64,000 nt of DNA from Caulobacter sp. (GCA_044238855.1 JBIICO010000002.1:9269-73268); one strand, 5' to 3'; shown: positions 30,092-40,130, counted from the stretch's first letter. Notes: a model not told the origin generated them from the sequence alone. Program-made: numbers and translations.

Positions 30092-31000
30092 GGGAAGTTC
30101 GTCCAGGAAGAGCACGCCGTTGTGCGCGAGAGAGACCTCGCCCGGCTTAACCTTCAGCCCGCCGCCGGTCAGGGCGGCCATGCTGGCCGAATGGTGCGGC
30201 GCGCGGAACGGCCGGGCGCGGGTCAGCTCGCCGCGGGCGATCAGCCCGGCCACCGAATGGACCATCGATGTTTCCAGCAGCTCCGCCGCCGACAGCGGCG
30301 GCAGGATGCCGGGCAGGCGCTGGGCCATCATCGACTTGCCCGAGCCGGGAGGACCCGAGAACAACAGGTTGTGGCCGCCGGCCGCGGCGATCTCCAGCGC
30401 CCGCTTGGCCTGCTCCTGGCCCTTCACCTCGCGCAGGTCGGGGATGCGACCGTCTTCGCGCAGCTGCCCGGGCCTGGGCTCCGACAGCAGCTGGCTGCCC
30501 CGGAAGTGGTTCACCAACCCGATCAGCGAGCGCGGCGCCAAGACCCGCGTGCCGCCGGCCCAGGCCGCCTCCGGGCCCGAGGGCTCCGGGCAGATCAGGC
30601 CCAGCTCCATCGCCCCGGCCGCCACCGCCGCCGGCAACACCCCGGCCACCGGCGCGATCGTGCCGTCCAGCGACAGCTCGCCCACCGCGGCCCAGCCGTT
30701 CAGGCCGTCCGGCGGGATCACGCCCATCGCCGCCATGATCGCCAGCGCGATCGGCAGGTCGTAATGGCTGCCCTCCTTGGGCAGGTCCGCCGGGGCCAGG
30801 TTCACGATTACCCGCTTCGCCGGCATGGACAGGCCGAGGCCCATGAAGGCCCCGCGCACCCGTTCGCGGCTCTCGCCGACCGCCTTGTCGCCGAGCCCGA
30901 CCAGGACGAAGGCGGTGTCGCCGCCCGTCAGCTGAACCTCGACGTCTACCCGCCGCGCTTCCACGCCCTGGAAGGCCACGGTCACCATCCGCGCGACCAT
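30084..31000 (-). pseudogene. comM: comM/yifB, 5' fragment
   Basis: GGAGG then ATG at 31000. MVARMVTVAFQGVEARRVDVEVQL... includes Walker A GPPGSGKSM and ends ...VLFLDELPEFS. It then reads 3 codons into the inverted repeat, to TAG at 30071. Confidence 0.9.
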
Positions 31001-31063
31001 GCCCCTCCGGCTACAGCGACTGTGACTTATCCACACTCAACCATGAAGGGTGGTAAAGATCAA

Positions 31064-31078
31064 GAACGAACAGTGAAC
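31064..31078 (-). promoter_or_regulatory. alphaproteobacterial SOS (LexA) box upstream of comM
   Basis: GAACGAACAGTGAAC on the + strand is GTTC-N7-GTTC on the comM strand. It lies 64 nt upstream of the comM ATG in an unusually AT-rich spacer. Confidence 0.6.
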
Positions 31079-31134
31079 CAAAAAAGAAAACGAAACTATT
31101 CAGTCATCTATCCGACATAGTTCAACTAACGCGT

Positions 31135-32085
31135 TCAGCGTGCGGACCGAATGGCCTCGATGCGGTCCCAGAGGATGGCGGCGGCGTCGATGCCGCTAAA
31201 CCGCTTCAGTTGCTGGGCGCCGGTCGGGGAGGTGACGTTGATCTCGGTCAGGTAGTCGCCGATCACGTCGATGCCGACGAACAGCAGGCCACGCCGCTTG
31301 AGCTCCGGCCCGATGATGGCGCAGAGCTCCAGATCGCGGGGCGTCAGCTCGACCGCCGCCGCCCGGCCGCCGCGGGCGAGGTTCGAGCGGACCTGGCCTT
31401 CGGCCGGGATGCGGTTGATCGCCCCGACCGGCTCGCCGTCCACCAGCAGGATGCGCTTGTCGCCCTTGCTGACGGCCGGGATGAACTTCTGGGCGATGAC
31501 CTGGTCGCGCCCGATCAGGGCGTGCAGCTCCAGCAGCGCGTCGAGGTTGGGGTCGTCCGCCTTCAGCCGCACCACGCCCGAGCCGCCGCCGCCGTGCAGC
31601 GGCTTGAGCACCATGTCGCCATGCCGTTCGCGGAAGTCGTAGATCGCCTCGACGTCGCTGGTGATCAGGGTCGGCGGCTGGACGCCCGGGAAGTCGGTGA
31701 CGAACAGCTTCTCCGGCGCGTTGCGCACCTCGGTCGGGTTGTTCACCACCAGCACCTTGGGGTGGACCTTGTCCAGGAAGTGGGTGGCCGTGATGTAGGC
31801 CATGTCGAACGGCGGATCCTGGCGCATCAGCACCACGTCGATCTCGCTCTCCAGGTCCAGGACGACCGTCTCGCCGAACGTGGCGTGGTCGCCCTTGACG
31901 GCCTTCAGGGTCAGCGGCCGGGCGCGAGCCGTCACGCGGCCCTCTTCCAGCGACAGCTTGTCGGGCGTGTAGACCCACAGCCGGTGGCCGCGCTGCTGGG
32001 CCTCCATCATCATCAGGAAGGTGGTGTCGGTCTCGATGTTGATCCCTTCGACGGGATCCATCTGCACGGCGACCTTCAGCGACAT
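31135..32085 (-). CDS. gshB: glutathione synthetase
   Basis: 316 aa with full-length prokaryotic GshB similarity (ATP-grasp; ...[11 protein letters not shown]...[12 protein letters not shown]...). Confidence 0.95.
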   Translation of the reverse strand: MSLKVAVQMDPVEGINIETDTTFLMMMEAQQRGHRLWVYTPDKLSLEEGRVTARARPLTLKAVKGDHATFGETVVLDLESEIDVVLMRQDPPFDMAYITATHFLDKVHPKVLVVNNPTEVRNAPEKLFVTDFPGVQPPTLITSDVEAIYDFRERHGDMVLKPLHGGGGSGVVRLKADDPNLDALLELHALIGRDQVIAQKFIPAVSKGDKRILLVDGEPVGAINRIPAEGQVRSNLARGGRAAAVELTPRDLELCAIIGPELKRRGLLFVGIDVIGDYLTEINVTSPTGAQQLKRFSGIDAAAILWDRIEAIRSAR

Positions 32086-32188
32086 GGGCGAGTTCCTCAG
32101 AGCCGACGACCGGCGGCCTTCGACTTAGACACTCGGGCGCGGCTTCGCCAGAGGCGGGAAGGAAGGGCGAAGCAGCGGGAGCGGATTG

Positions 32189-32310
32189 GGGACGTGATAT
32201 CGTGTCCCTTGGGACATGATTTCATGTCCCCGCAACAGCGTCGGCCAATCTTCGTACGGTGTTGGGGGGACAGCTAATGATGTCCCAAGAGGGACACCAA
32301 AAGCTGTCCC
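32189..32310. promoter_or_regulatory. array of four 20-bp palindromes GGGAC(A/G)-N8-TGTCCC
   Basis: Copies at 32189-32208, 32211-32230, 32267-32286 and 32291-32310. The arms are conserved and the 8-nt spacers all differ. Located between the gshB start and the upstream gene's stop. Confidence 0.6.
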
Positions 32311-32330
32311 CGACTTGCCGCCGCAGCCCG

Positions 32331-33146
32331 TTAGTTCAGCCTCAACCTCACCCGCTCCCGCGCCGCCCGGGCGGCGATGGCCGCGCCGCCGTCGAGTTGC
32401 TGGGCGGTGCCGAGCGCCTGGAGCGCGCCGGCCAGCGCGCCCTGGCCTTCACGGGCGGCGGCGACGTCGAGCCAGGGGCGGTGGTCGGAGGGGTCCAGCA
32501 GCGCGCGGCGAAGGGCCGAGCGTTCGGCCCTGGGCCAGTCGCCGGCCGCCTGGGCGCGGGCGAAGATGTTGTTCTGCAGCCGGATCAGCACCTGGCGCTC
32601 GGTGACGCCGGTCATCAGAAGGTCCAGCCGCCCGGCGACGTCCGGCGTCAGGCCGGTGCGCAGGGCGCGGCGCGACAGTTCCGAGGGCAGCACGATGCGC
32701 CCTTCGCTGAACGGGTCCAGCGCCAGCGGCCCCTCCACCGTCTCGATCCGCAGCAGGAAGTGGCCGGGGAAGTCCACGCCGCGCACGTCCAGTCCGGTCC
32801 GCCGGGCGGCGTCGAGGTAGAAGATCCCCAGCGACACCGGCAGGCCCTTGCGGCGTTCGCAAACGTCGATGATGTCGGCGTTGACCGGGTCGTCGTAGGT
32901 GAACAGGTCGCCCGCCAGCCGCAGGTCGCCGGCCATGGCCTCGGCGATCGCTTCCTCGGGCGACTCGTTCTCCAGCCGTCTGGACAGGTGTTCAGCGCCG
33001 GCCGTGGCGACGTCGCGGGCGGGCTGCGGATCGCGCGAGTCGTCCTCGTGGATGGCGCAGGCGATGGCGGCCTCGAACAGCGGGAAGGCTTCGTCGCCGC
33101 CCCGGCCCACCTCGGTGAGGAAAAGCTCCGCCTCGTCGCGTGTCAT
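32331..33146 (-). CDS. SirB1/transglutaminase-like + TPR family protein (UPF0162)
   Basis: RRKGLPVSLGIFYLDAARRTGL...GVDFPGHFLLR motif characteristic of the SirB1 N-terminal domain. Confidence 0.75.
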   Translation of the reverse strand: MTRDEAELFLTEVGRGGDEAFPLFEAAIACAIHEDDSRDPQPARDVATAGAEHLSRRLENESPEEAIAEAMAGDLRLAGDLFTYDDPVNADIIDVCERRKGLPVSLGIFYLDAARRTGLDVRGVDFPGHFLLRIETVEGPLALDPFSEGRIVLPSELSRRALRTGLTPDVAGRLDLLMTGVTERQVLIRLQNNIFARAQAAGDWPRAERSALRRALLDPSDHRPWLDVAAAREGQGALAGALQALGTAQQLDGGAAIAARAARERVRLRLN

Positions 33147-33154
33147 CGTGCCGC

Positions 33155-33541
33155 TCAGGTCCCCTGCCAGGCGTCCGGAATATGGCGGGGCAACCGCCCC
33201 GGGGCGAGGGCGATGAGGTCCAGGCGGATCGTCGCGTCCTTCAGGGCCGGGCGACCGGCGGCGATGGCGCGGGCGGCCCGGCGCAACCGCTCCCGCTGGT
33301 CGGAATGCACCGCCTCCAGGGCGGTTTCGAGATCGCGGCGGCGCTTGACCTCGACCGCGGCCAGCACGCGGCCGCGAATGGCCAGGATGTCGATCTCGCC
33401 CTGCGGCGCGGCCAGGCGGAAGCCGAGGATGCGGTAGCCCTTCGCCATCAGCAGCAGCGCGGCCAGCACCTCGCCGCGCCGGCCGGAGACGCGGCCGGCG
33501 CGACCCCGCGCGCTGCGAGCGGACGGGCGGACGGCGCTCAT
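33155..33541 (-). CDS. yraN: YraN family (UPF0102) endonuclease-like protein
   Basis: GE..A...L...GYRIL......P.GEIDILA......AVEVKRR pattern. The ATG overlaps the rsmI stop (ATGA). Confidence 0.8.
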   Translation of the reverse strand: MSAVRPSARSARGRAGRVSGRRGEVLAALLLMAKGYRILGFRLAAPQGEIDILAIRGRVLAAVEVKRRRDLETALEAVHSDQRERLRRAARAIAAGRPALKDATIRLDLIALAPGRLPRHIPDAWQGT

Positions 33542-34407
33542 CCGTCTTCCTTCAGGGCCAGCGCCCGGCGGTAGAGTTCACGGCGGTTCACGCCAAGGGC
33601 CCGGGCGACCTCGGACGCCGCCTCGCCGGGCGGCAGGCGGGTCAGCGCTTCGGCCAGCGCCTTGTCGGCGTCCGCCTCGCTGGCGACTTCCGCCTCGCCG
33701 GGACCGACCAGCACGACGATCTCGCCCCGGGGCTCGTCCAGCGCGGGATCGGTCGCCAACTGGTCCAGCGTGCCGCGCACGGCCGTTTCGTAGAGCTTGG
33801 TCAGCTCGCGGGTCACGGCGGCCTCGCGCGGGCCGAAGACGGCCAGCATGTCCTCCAGGCTGGCGCGCAGGCGGGGGCCGGTCTCGTAGAAGATCAGGGT
33901 CGCCCTGGCCGCCGCGAACTCGTTCAGGAAGGTGCGCCGCGCGGCGCTCCTGGGCGGGGTGAAGCCGGCGAACAGGAAGCGGTCGGTCGGCAGGCCCGCC
34001 AGGGTCAGCGCGGCCAGCGCCGCCGAGGGACCGGGAATCGGGAACACGCGATGGCCGGCCTCGACCACCTCCTTCACCAGCCGGTAGCCGGGATCCGACA
34101 CCAGCGGCGTGCCGGCGTCCGAGACCAGCGCCACCCGCTGGCCGGCCTCCAGGGCGGCCATGATCTTCGGCCGGGCCCGCTCGGCGGCGTGCTCGTCATA
34201 GCGCTGCATGGTCTTCGACAGGCCGTAGGCGGCCAGCAGCTTGCCGGTGACGCGCGTGTCCTCGGCCAGCAGCAGGTCGCAGCCGTTCAGGACGTCCAGC
34301 GCCCGCAGGGTGATGTCGCGCAGATTGCCGATCGGCGTCGCCACGATATAGAGCCCCGGCTCCAGCGGGACGTCGGACAGCTGTGGCGGCGGCGGATGGC
34401 GGGACAA
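33538..34407 (-). CDS. rsmI: 16S rRNA (cytidine1402-2'-O)-methyltransferase
   Basis: LYIVATPIGNLRDITLRALDVL..CDLLLAEDTR motif. There is no in-frame ATG near the domain start, so TTG 34407 is proposed. Confidence 0.85.
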   Translation of the reverse strand: MSRHPPPPQLSDVPLEPGLYIVATPIGNLRDITLRALDVLNGCDLLLAEDTRVTGKLLAAYGLSKTMQRYDEHAAERARPKIMAALEAGQRVALVSDAGTPLVSDPGYRLVKEVVEAGHRVFPIPGPSAALAALTLAGLPTDRFLFAGFTPPRSAARRTFLNEFAAARATLIFYETGPRLRASLEDMLAVFGPREAAVTRELTKLYETAVRGTLDQLATDPALDEPRGEIVVLVGPGEAEVASEADADKALAEALTRLPPGEAASEVARALGVNRRELYRRALALKEDG

Positions 34408-34456
34408 GACAGGCTCCGGTTCGAACCGGGGAGAGCGCCTTGTGCCGGCCGGAACG

Positions 34457-35269
34457 TCAAGAGGGCTTCGCCGGCAGCCGCGCCAGCAGCGCCTCGCGAT
34501 AGGAACGGCTGACCAGCGCCTCGGCGCCGCTCTCGAGCTCCAGCCGCCAAGCGCCGTCGGCCAGCGGGGCGGCGCGGCGCACCTTGGCCAGATTGACGAT
34601 CGCCGAGCGGTGGATGCGCAGGAAGACGGTCGGGTCCAGCCGCTCGGCAAGGCCGGAGAGGGTCTCGCGCACCAGCCCCTCGCGGTCGGCCCATCGGACG
34701 GCGGCGTAGTTGCCGGCCCCGGTGATCTGCTCGATCTCCGACAGCGGCACCAGAGTCTTGCCGCGCGCGCCCGTGGCGACCGCGAGACGTTCCTCGCCCG
34801 CCGACGGCGCGGCGCGGGCGGCGTCCAGGGCGTCGCGGAGCTGGGCCGTCTGGCGGGCGGCGGCCTCGGCCCGACGGGCCATCGCGACGGCGATCAGAGC
34901 GGCGCCGATCGCCGTATGGATCAGCAGGTCGACCGGCAGGCGGTCGACGAAGCGATCCATGAAGTCACGCGGCGCCGAAGACATGACCTCGTCCAGCCGG
35001 GCGATCAGCGCGGCGTGGGCGGCGATGGCGAACGGGGCGGTGGCGAAGTACATCGCCTCGCGCCGTGGCGTCCCGAGACCACGGCCAAGCCGCCAGCCCA
35101 GCCAGCACAGCGGCGTCCAGGCGGCGTAGGCGAGTCCCTGCCACAGCAGGGCGTGACCGTATCCGACGTCGGTGCGCGCGCTCAGCACCGCGGCCGCGCA
35201 GAGGCTGGTCGTGACATAGGCCCAGACCGCCAGCAGCAGCGGCCAGCGTCGGGCCACGACCTCCTTCAC
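34457..35269 (-). CDS. membrane-anchored LytTR-domain DNA-binding protein
   Basis: N-terminal TM helices and a C-terminal LytTR domain (...ITGAGNYAAVRWADREGLVRETLSGLAERLDPTVFLRIHRSAIVNL). The GTG start overlaps the upstream stop (GTGA). Confidence 0.78.
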   Translation of the reverse strand: MKEVVARRWPLLLAVWAYVTTSLCAAAVLSARTDVGYGHALLWQGLAYAAWTPLCWLGWRLGRGLGTPRREAMYFATAPFAIAAHAALIARLDEVMSSAPRDFMDRFVDRLPVDLLIHTAIGAALIAVAMARRAEAAARQTAQLRDALDAARAAPSAGEERLAVATGARGKTLVPLSEIEQITGAGNYAAVRWADREGLVRETLSGLAERLDPTVFLRIHRSAIVNLAKVRRAAPLADGAWRLELESGAEALVSRSYREALLARLPAKPS

Positions 35270-35952
35270 GCCACCGCCTTCGGCCGCCGGGTCGCGTACC
35301 AGACGATCATCGCCACGATGAGGATCTGGAACAGGATGATCGGCCAAAGCTGTCTCCACGGATCGGGCAGGAACCGCAGGATATTACCCGACGCGGCCGA
35401 GACGGCGGCCCCCAGCACGCCGGTCATCTTGGTCAGATGCTCATAGAACCAGAGGCGCGGGAAGAACGGCCAGCCGGTCGGCGCGGCGAACCGCAGCAGG
35501 TCCCAGAGGCCGAAGACGAACACGCCGCCGACGGCCGCCCAGGTCGCGACGGCGCTGTAGCCGCCGCCTCCGTTCAGCACCCATACGGCCGTGACGCCCG
35601 CACCGGCCAGGATGCCCAGCGTCACGCCCCAATCCAGCGCGATGGCCCGCTGGGCGGGGTCGAGGTCCGGCCGTTTGCGACCCAGCACGCGGAGACCGGA
35701 AAACAGCTGCAGCCCCGCCGACAGGGTCAGGACCACGAAGGCTGGACGCGGCGCCAGCAGGCTGAGCAGCGCCGCCGCCCCCACCACGATTGTCATCGAC
35801 CAGCCGAACACCCGGCCCCAGCGGCAATGAAAGCCTCCGCCCTTGCGCGAGACGAGCGGCAGCACGCCGACCGTGACGGCGATGGCTCCGGCGGTGATGT
35901 GGACGGCCAGCAGCGCAATCCACAGACGGGGGTGTTCGGGGTCGATGAGCAT
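35266..35952 (-). CDS. polytopic membrane protein (hypothetical)
   Basis: Start at MLIDPEHPRLWIALLAVHITAGAIAV. About 6 TM helices. Translationally coupled to the LytTR gene. Confidence 0.65.
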   Translation of the reverse strand: MLIDPEHPRLWIALLAVHITAGAIAVTVGVLPLVSRKGGGFHCRWGRVFGWSMTIVVGAAALLSLLAPRPAFVVLTLSAGLQLFSGLRVLGRKRPDLDPAQRAIALDWGVTLGILAGAGVTAVWVLNGGGGYSAVATWAAVGGVFVFGLWDLLRFAAPTGWPFFPRLWFYEHLTKMTGVLGAAVSAASGNILRFLPDPWRQLWPIILFQILIVAMIVWYATRRPKAVA

Positions 35953-36067
35953 GGTCCGCCATCGCCTTCGTCGGCGATCGTCGCCAGCGCGCGGGGACGA
36001 AACCCGGCCGGGCGGGGACGAACGCCGCCTTGCCTGCGACGCCCCGGCCGCGCTAACCGCAACGGTG

Positions 36068-37186
36068 ATGCCCACCTCCGTCCGCGCCGCCTATCGCGAG
36101 CGCCTTTCCTCAGGCGACATCCGCCCCGACGCCGCCCAGGAAGCCGCGCTCGGCGCCCTGTCGCGGCTGGAAGGCGACCTGAACGCCCTGTCCGAGCCGG
36201 GCTTCTCCTTGTTCCGCAAGCAGCCGAAGGGCGCGCGGGGGGTCTATCTGTGGGGACCGGTGGGGCGCGGCAAGTCCATGCTGATGGACCTGTTCTTCGA
36301 TTCCGTGCCCGTGCAGCGGAAGCGTCGTGTCCACTTCCACGTCTTCATGGCCGAGGTCCACGGCCACATCGACGCCTGGCGCCGGGGCGACGCCGCCCAA
36401 CGCAAGGCGCGATTCGGCCAACACAAGGGCGACGACCCGATCGCCCCGACCGCCGACCTGATCGCCGAGGAGGCGCGGCTGCTCTGCTTCGACGAGCTGC
36501 AGGTCACCGACATCGCCGACGCGATGATCCTGGGCCGGCTGTTCGAGAGCCTGTTCGCCCTGGGCGTGACGCTGGTGGCGACCTCCAACCGTCCGCCCGA
36601 CGACCTCTACAAGGACGGCATCAACCGCCAGCTGTTCCTGCCCTTCATCGCCATGCTGAAGGAGAAGCTGGAGGTCGTGGCCGTGCGCGGGCCGGTGGAC
36701 TTCCGCCTCGACCGGCTGCGCGGGGCGCGGACCTGGCTGTCGCCCAACGACCCCGACCACGAGCGCGAGTTCGACCGGCTGTGGGCCGACATGCTCGACG
36801 GCGCCGAGGAGGTCGGGGCGACGCTGGAGGTGCTGGGCCGCAAGCTGCATCTGCCGCGCGCCAGCGGCGGCCTGCTGAGGGCCAGCTTCTCCAGCCTCTG
36901 CGACCATGCGCTGGGACCGCAGGACTACCTGGCCGTGGCCGCGCGCTTCCACACCCTGTTCCTGGAAGACGTTCCGCGCCTGGTCCCAGCCAAGCGCGAC
37001 GCGGCCAAGCGGTTCAACACCCTGATCGACGCCCTCTACGAGGCGGAGGCCAAGCTGGTCGCGCTGGCCGACGTCGAGCCCGAGGCGCTGTATCCGGAAG
37101 GCGACGGCGCCTTCGAGTTCGAGCGCACCGTCTCCCGCCTGCAGGAGATGCGCTCGGTCAGCTGGCTGGAGCGGGTGCGGGACTGA
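36068..37186 (+). CDS. zapE: AFG1/ZapE family ATPase
   Basis: GVYLWGPVGRGKSMLMD Walker A, LLCFDELQVTDIADA Walker B, and full-length similarity. Confidence 0.88.
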   Translation: MPTSVRAAYRERLSSGDIRPDAAQEAALGALSRLEGDLNALSEPGFSLFRKQPKGARGVYLWGPVGRGKSMLMDLFFDSVPVQRKRRVHFHVFMAEVHGHIDAWRRGDAAQRKARFGQHKGDDPIAPTADLIAEEARLLCFDELQVTDIADAMILGRLFESLFALGVTLVATSNRPPDDLYKDGINRQLFLPFIAMLKEKLEVVAVRGPVDFRLDRLRGARTWLSPNDPDHEREFDRLWADMLDGAEEVGATLEVLGRKLHLPRASGGLLRASFSSLCDHALGPQDYLAVAARFHTLFLEDVPRLVPAKRDAAKRFNTLIDALYEAEAKLVALADVEPEALYPEGDGAFEFERTVSRLQEMRSVSWLERVRD

Positions 37187-37330
37187 TCCAGGTCTTCCCC
37201 AGCGGCAGTCCGTGGCGGCATTGGCGGCGGTTTCCGTGCGAGTAACTCGCAACAAGGTCCGTTTCGTTGACACCCCCCGTTCGAGGCTTAAAAGCGGCAG
37301 CGTTTCCGCCCGCGCAGATACGAGTCCAAT

Positions 37331-37738
37331 ATGACCGAAGCCTCGCCGGGGGTCCGTGAACGGCCCCTCTCGCCACACCTCCAGGTCTGGCGCTGGCACA
37401 TGACCATGGCAGGATCGATCCTGCATCGCGGCTGCCTGATGGGGCTGTACGTCGGTGCGCTGATCCTGGTCGGATGGCTTCTGGCCCTGTCGGCCGGTCC
37501 GGACGTCTATGCGGCCTACAAGGGCCTGCTCGGCAGCTGGCTGGGCAAGCTGGTGCTGCTGGGCCTGACCTTCGCGCTGTTCTTCAATCTCAGCAGCGCG
37601 GTCCGTCACATGATCTGGGACGTGGGCAAGGGCTTCCAGCCGAAGTTCGCCGACACCATGACCATCGCCAGCCTGGTGTTCGCCGTCGTCGCGACCGCCG
37701 TGGTCTGGCTGATCGCCGCCAGCACGGGAGCGCTCTGA
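37331..37738 (+). CDS. sdhC: succinate dehydrogenase cytochrome b556 subunit
   Basis: [16 protein letters not shown] motif and three TM helices. Confidence 0.9.
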   Translation: MTEASPGVRERPLSPHLQVWRWHMTMAGSILHRGCLMGLYVGALILVGWLLALSAGPDVYAAYKGLLGSWLGKLVLLGLTFALFFNLSSAVRHMIWDVGKGFQPKFADTMTIASLVFAVVATAVVWLIAASTGAL

Positions 37739-38142
37739 TGGTCGGCACGCCGAACGGTTTCCGCACCCCGCTGTCCCGCGCCCGCGGCCTCGGCGCCGCC
37801 AAGCACGGCGCCGGCCACTTCATCGCCGAGCGCGTCAGCGGCATCGCCCTGATCCCGCTGGTCCTGTGGGCGGCCTTCTCCGGCCCGATGCTCGCCAAGG
37901 CCGATTTCGCCACCGTCGCCGTCTGGCTGTCGCAGCCGCTGAACGCGGTGCTGGCCGGCCTGCTGGTCGTGGTCGGCTTCTTCCACCTGCGTCTCCAGAT
38001 GCAGGTGGTGATCGAGGACTACATCTACGGCTTCGTGTCGAAGACCGCGCTGCTCCTCGCCAACCTGTTCGTCTGTGTCCTGGGCGCCGCCCTGGGCGTC
38101 TTCGCCATCCTCAAGGTGGCCCTCCTCTCGGGAGCCGTCTGA
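37738..38142 (+). CDS. sdhD: succinate dehydrogenase membrane anchor subunit
   Basis: The ATG overlaps the sdhC stop by 1 nt. [13 protein letters not shown] motif and three TM helices. Confidence 0.88.
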   Translation: MVGTPNGFRTPLSRARGLGAAKHGAGHFIAERVSGIALIPLVLWAAFSGPMLAKADFATVAVWLSQPLNAVLAGLLVVVGFFHLRLQMQVVIEDYIYGFVSKTALLLANLFVCVLGAALGVFAILKVALLSGAV

Positions 38143-39929
38143 TGGCCGCCTACCAGTTCATCGACCACAAGTTCGACGTCGTGGTCGTGGGCGCCGGCGG
38201 CTCGGGCCTGCGCGCCGCGCTCGGCTGCGCCGCCGCCGGTCTGAAGACCGCCTGCATCACCAAGGTGTTCCCGACCCGCTCGCACACCGTCGCGGCCCAG
38301 GGCGGCATCTCCGCCTCGCTCGGCAACATGGGCGAGGACGACTGGCGCTGGCACATGTACGACACCGTCAAGGGGTCGGACTGGCTGGGCGACCAGGACG
38401 CCATCGAGTACCTGACCCGCAACGCCCCGGCGGCGGTCTACGAACTCGAGCACTGGGGCGTGCCCTTCTCGCGCACCTCGGAAGGCAAGATCTACCAGCG
38501 CGCTTTCGGCGGCATGACCAGGAACTACGGCGAGGCCCCGATCCAGCGCACCTGCGCGGCGGCCGACCGCACCGGCCACGCCATGCTGCACACCATGTAC
38601 GGCCAGGCGCTGTCGAAGGAGACCGAGTTCTTCATCGAGTACTTCGCCCTCGACCTGATCATGGAAAACGGCGAGTGCCGGGGCGTGACAGCCTGGAAAC
38701 TCGACGACGGCACCCTGCACCGTTTCCAGGCCCAGCGGACCATCCTAGCCACCGGCGGCTACGGCCGCGCCTACCTGTCGGCGACCTCGGCCCACACCTG
38801 CACCGGCGACGGCGGCGGCATGGCCCTGCGCGCCGGCCTGCCGATGCAGGACATGGAGTTCGTGCAGTTCCACCCGACCGGCATCTTCCCGGCCGGCTGC
38901 CTGATCACCGAAGGCGCCCGGGGCGAAGGCGGCTACCTGACCAACTCCGAGGGCGAGCGCTTCATGGAGCGCTACGCCCCGAGCGTGAAGGACCTGGCGC
39001 CGCGCGACATGGTCAGCCGCGCCATGACCATCGAGATCCGCGAGGGGCGCGGGGTGGGTCCGAACAAGGACCACATCTTCCTGCACCTGGATCATCTGGA
39101 TCCGAAGATCCTGCACGAGCGCCTGCCGGGCATCTCCGAGACGGCCAAGGTCTTCGCCGGCGTCGACGTGACCAAGGCGCCGATCCCCGTCCTGCCGACC
39201 GTGCACTACAACATGGGCGGCCTGCAGACGAACTATCACGGCGAGGTCGTGATCAAGAACGGCGACAACCCCGACCAGATCGTCCCCGGCCTGATGGCCG
39301 TCGGCGAGGCGGCCTGCGTGTCGGTGCACGGCGCCAACCGCCTGGGCTCCAACAGCCTGATCGACCTGGTGGTGTTCGGCCGCGCGGTCGGCCTGCGCTG
39401 CGCCGAGACGTTGAAGGCCGGCGCGACCCAGCCGGAGCTGAAAGCCTCGATGACCGACGGCCACCTGGCCCGCCTCGATCGCCTGCGCAACGCCAACGGC
39501 GCCCGCCCGACCGCCGACCTGCGTCTCGAGATGCAGCGCGCCATGCAGGAAGACGCCGCCGTGTTCCGCACCGGCGAGTCGCTGCAGAGCGGCGTGAACC
39601 GCATTCAGGCCGTTCATGACGCCCGCAAGGACATCAAGGTCAGCGACCGCGGCATGATCTGGAACAGCGACCTCATGGAGACGCTGGAGTTCGACAACCT
39701 GATCGGCCAGGCGGCCGTGACGGTGAACGGGGCCCTGAACCGCACCGAGAGCCGCGGCGCCCATGCCCGCGAGGACTTCTCGGACCGCAACGACGACCAG
39801 TGGATGAAGCACACCCTGGCCTGGTTCGACGACGCCACCGGCAAGGTGACGATCGACTACCGCCCGGTCCACAGCTACACCATGAGCAACGACGTCAGCT
39901 ACATCCCGCCCAAGGCGCGGGTGTACTAG
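38142..39929 (+). CDS. sdhA: succinate dehydrogenase flavoprotein subunit
   Basis: [19 protein letters not shown] motif, HTVAAQGG, and full-length similarity. The ATG overlaps the sdhD stop. Confidence 0.97.
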   Translation: MAAYQFIDHKFDVVVVGAGGSGLRAALGCAAAGLKTACITKVFPTRSHTVAAQGGISASLGNMGEDDWRWHMYDTVKGSDWLGDQDAIEYLTRNAPAAVYELEHWGVPFSRTSEGKIYQRAFGGMTRNYGEAPIQRTCAAADRTGHAMLHTMYGQALSKETEFFIEYFALDLIMENGECRGVTAWKLDDGTLHRFQAQRTILATGGYGRAYLSATSAHTCTGDGGGMALRAGLPMQDMEFVQFHPTGIFPAGCLITEGARGEGGYLTNSEGERFMERYAPSVKDLAPRDMVSRAMTIEIREGRGVGPNKDHIFLHLDHLDPKILHERLPGISETAKVFAGVDVTKAPIPVLPTVHYNMGGLQTNYHGEVVIKNGDNPDQIVPGLMAVGEAACVSVHGANRLGSNSLIDLVVFGRAVGLRCAETLKAGATQPELKASMTDGHLARLDRLRNANGARPTADLRLEMQRAMQEDAAVFRTGESLQSGVNRIQAVHDARKDIKVSDRGMIWNSDLMETLEFDNLIGQAAVTVNGALNRTESRGAHAREDFSDRNDDQWMKHTLAWFDDATGKVTIDYRPVHSYTMSNDVSYIPPKARVY

Positions 39930-39956
39930 AGCCTTACGCCACAAGGCGTTTCGCGC

Positions 39957-39984
39957 GGCGCGCCGTCCATCCGGACGGCGCGCC
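39957..39984 (+). terminator. strong GC hairpin after sdhA
   Basis: ggcgcgccgtcc-atcc-ggacggcgcgcc (12-bp stem), followed by gttcgcgtttc. Confidence 0.6.
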
Positions 39985-40095
39985 GTTCGCGTTTCAGGAC
40001 CACATCACGACCCCCTCTCCACACCCTCTGCACGGGGGCGCCGTCTGCTGCGTCACGAGGGGATGTGAGCAAGCGCTTGCATTCTGGCGCGAGAT

Positions 40096-40115
40096 ATGTG
40101 AGCGTTTGCTCACAT
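40096..40115. promoter_or_regulatory. palindrome ATGTGAGC-gttt-GCTCACAT upstream of creD
   Basis: 8-bp arms, 16 nt before the creD ATG. A related TGTGAGCAAGCGCTTGCA lies at 40064-40081. Confidence 0.4.
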
Positions 40116-40130
40116 TCATGGAGAGGGACG

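Noticed and set aside
32216-33437. + strand ORFs 32216..32605 and 32259..33437 starting within the palindrome array
   Set aside because: They are antisense to the SirB1-like gene with Arg/Gly/Ala-rich translations. The palindromes are better explained as non-coding sites.
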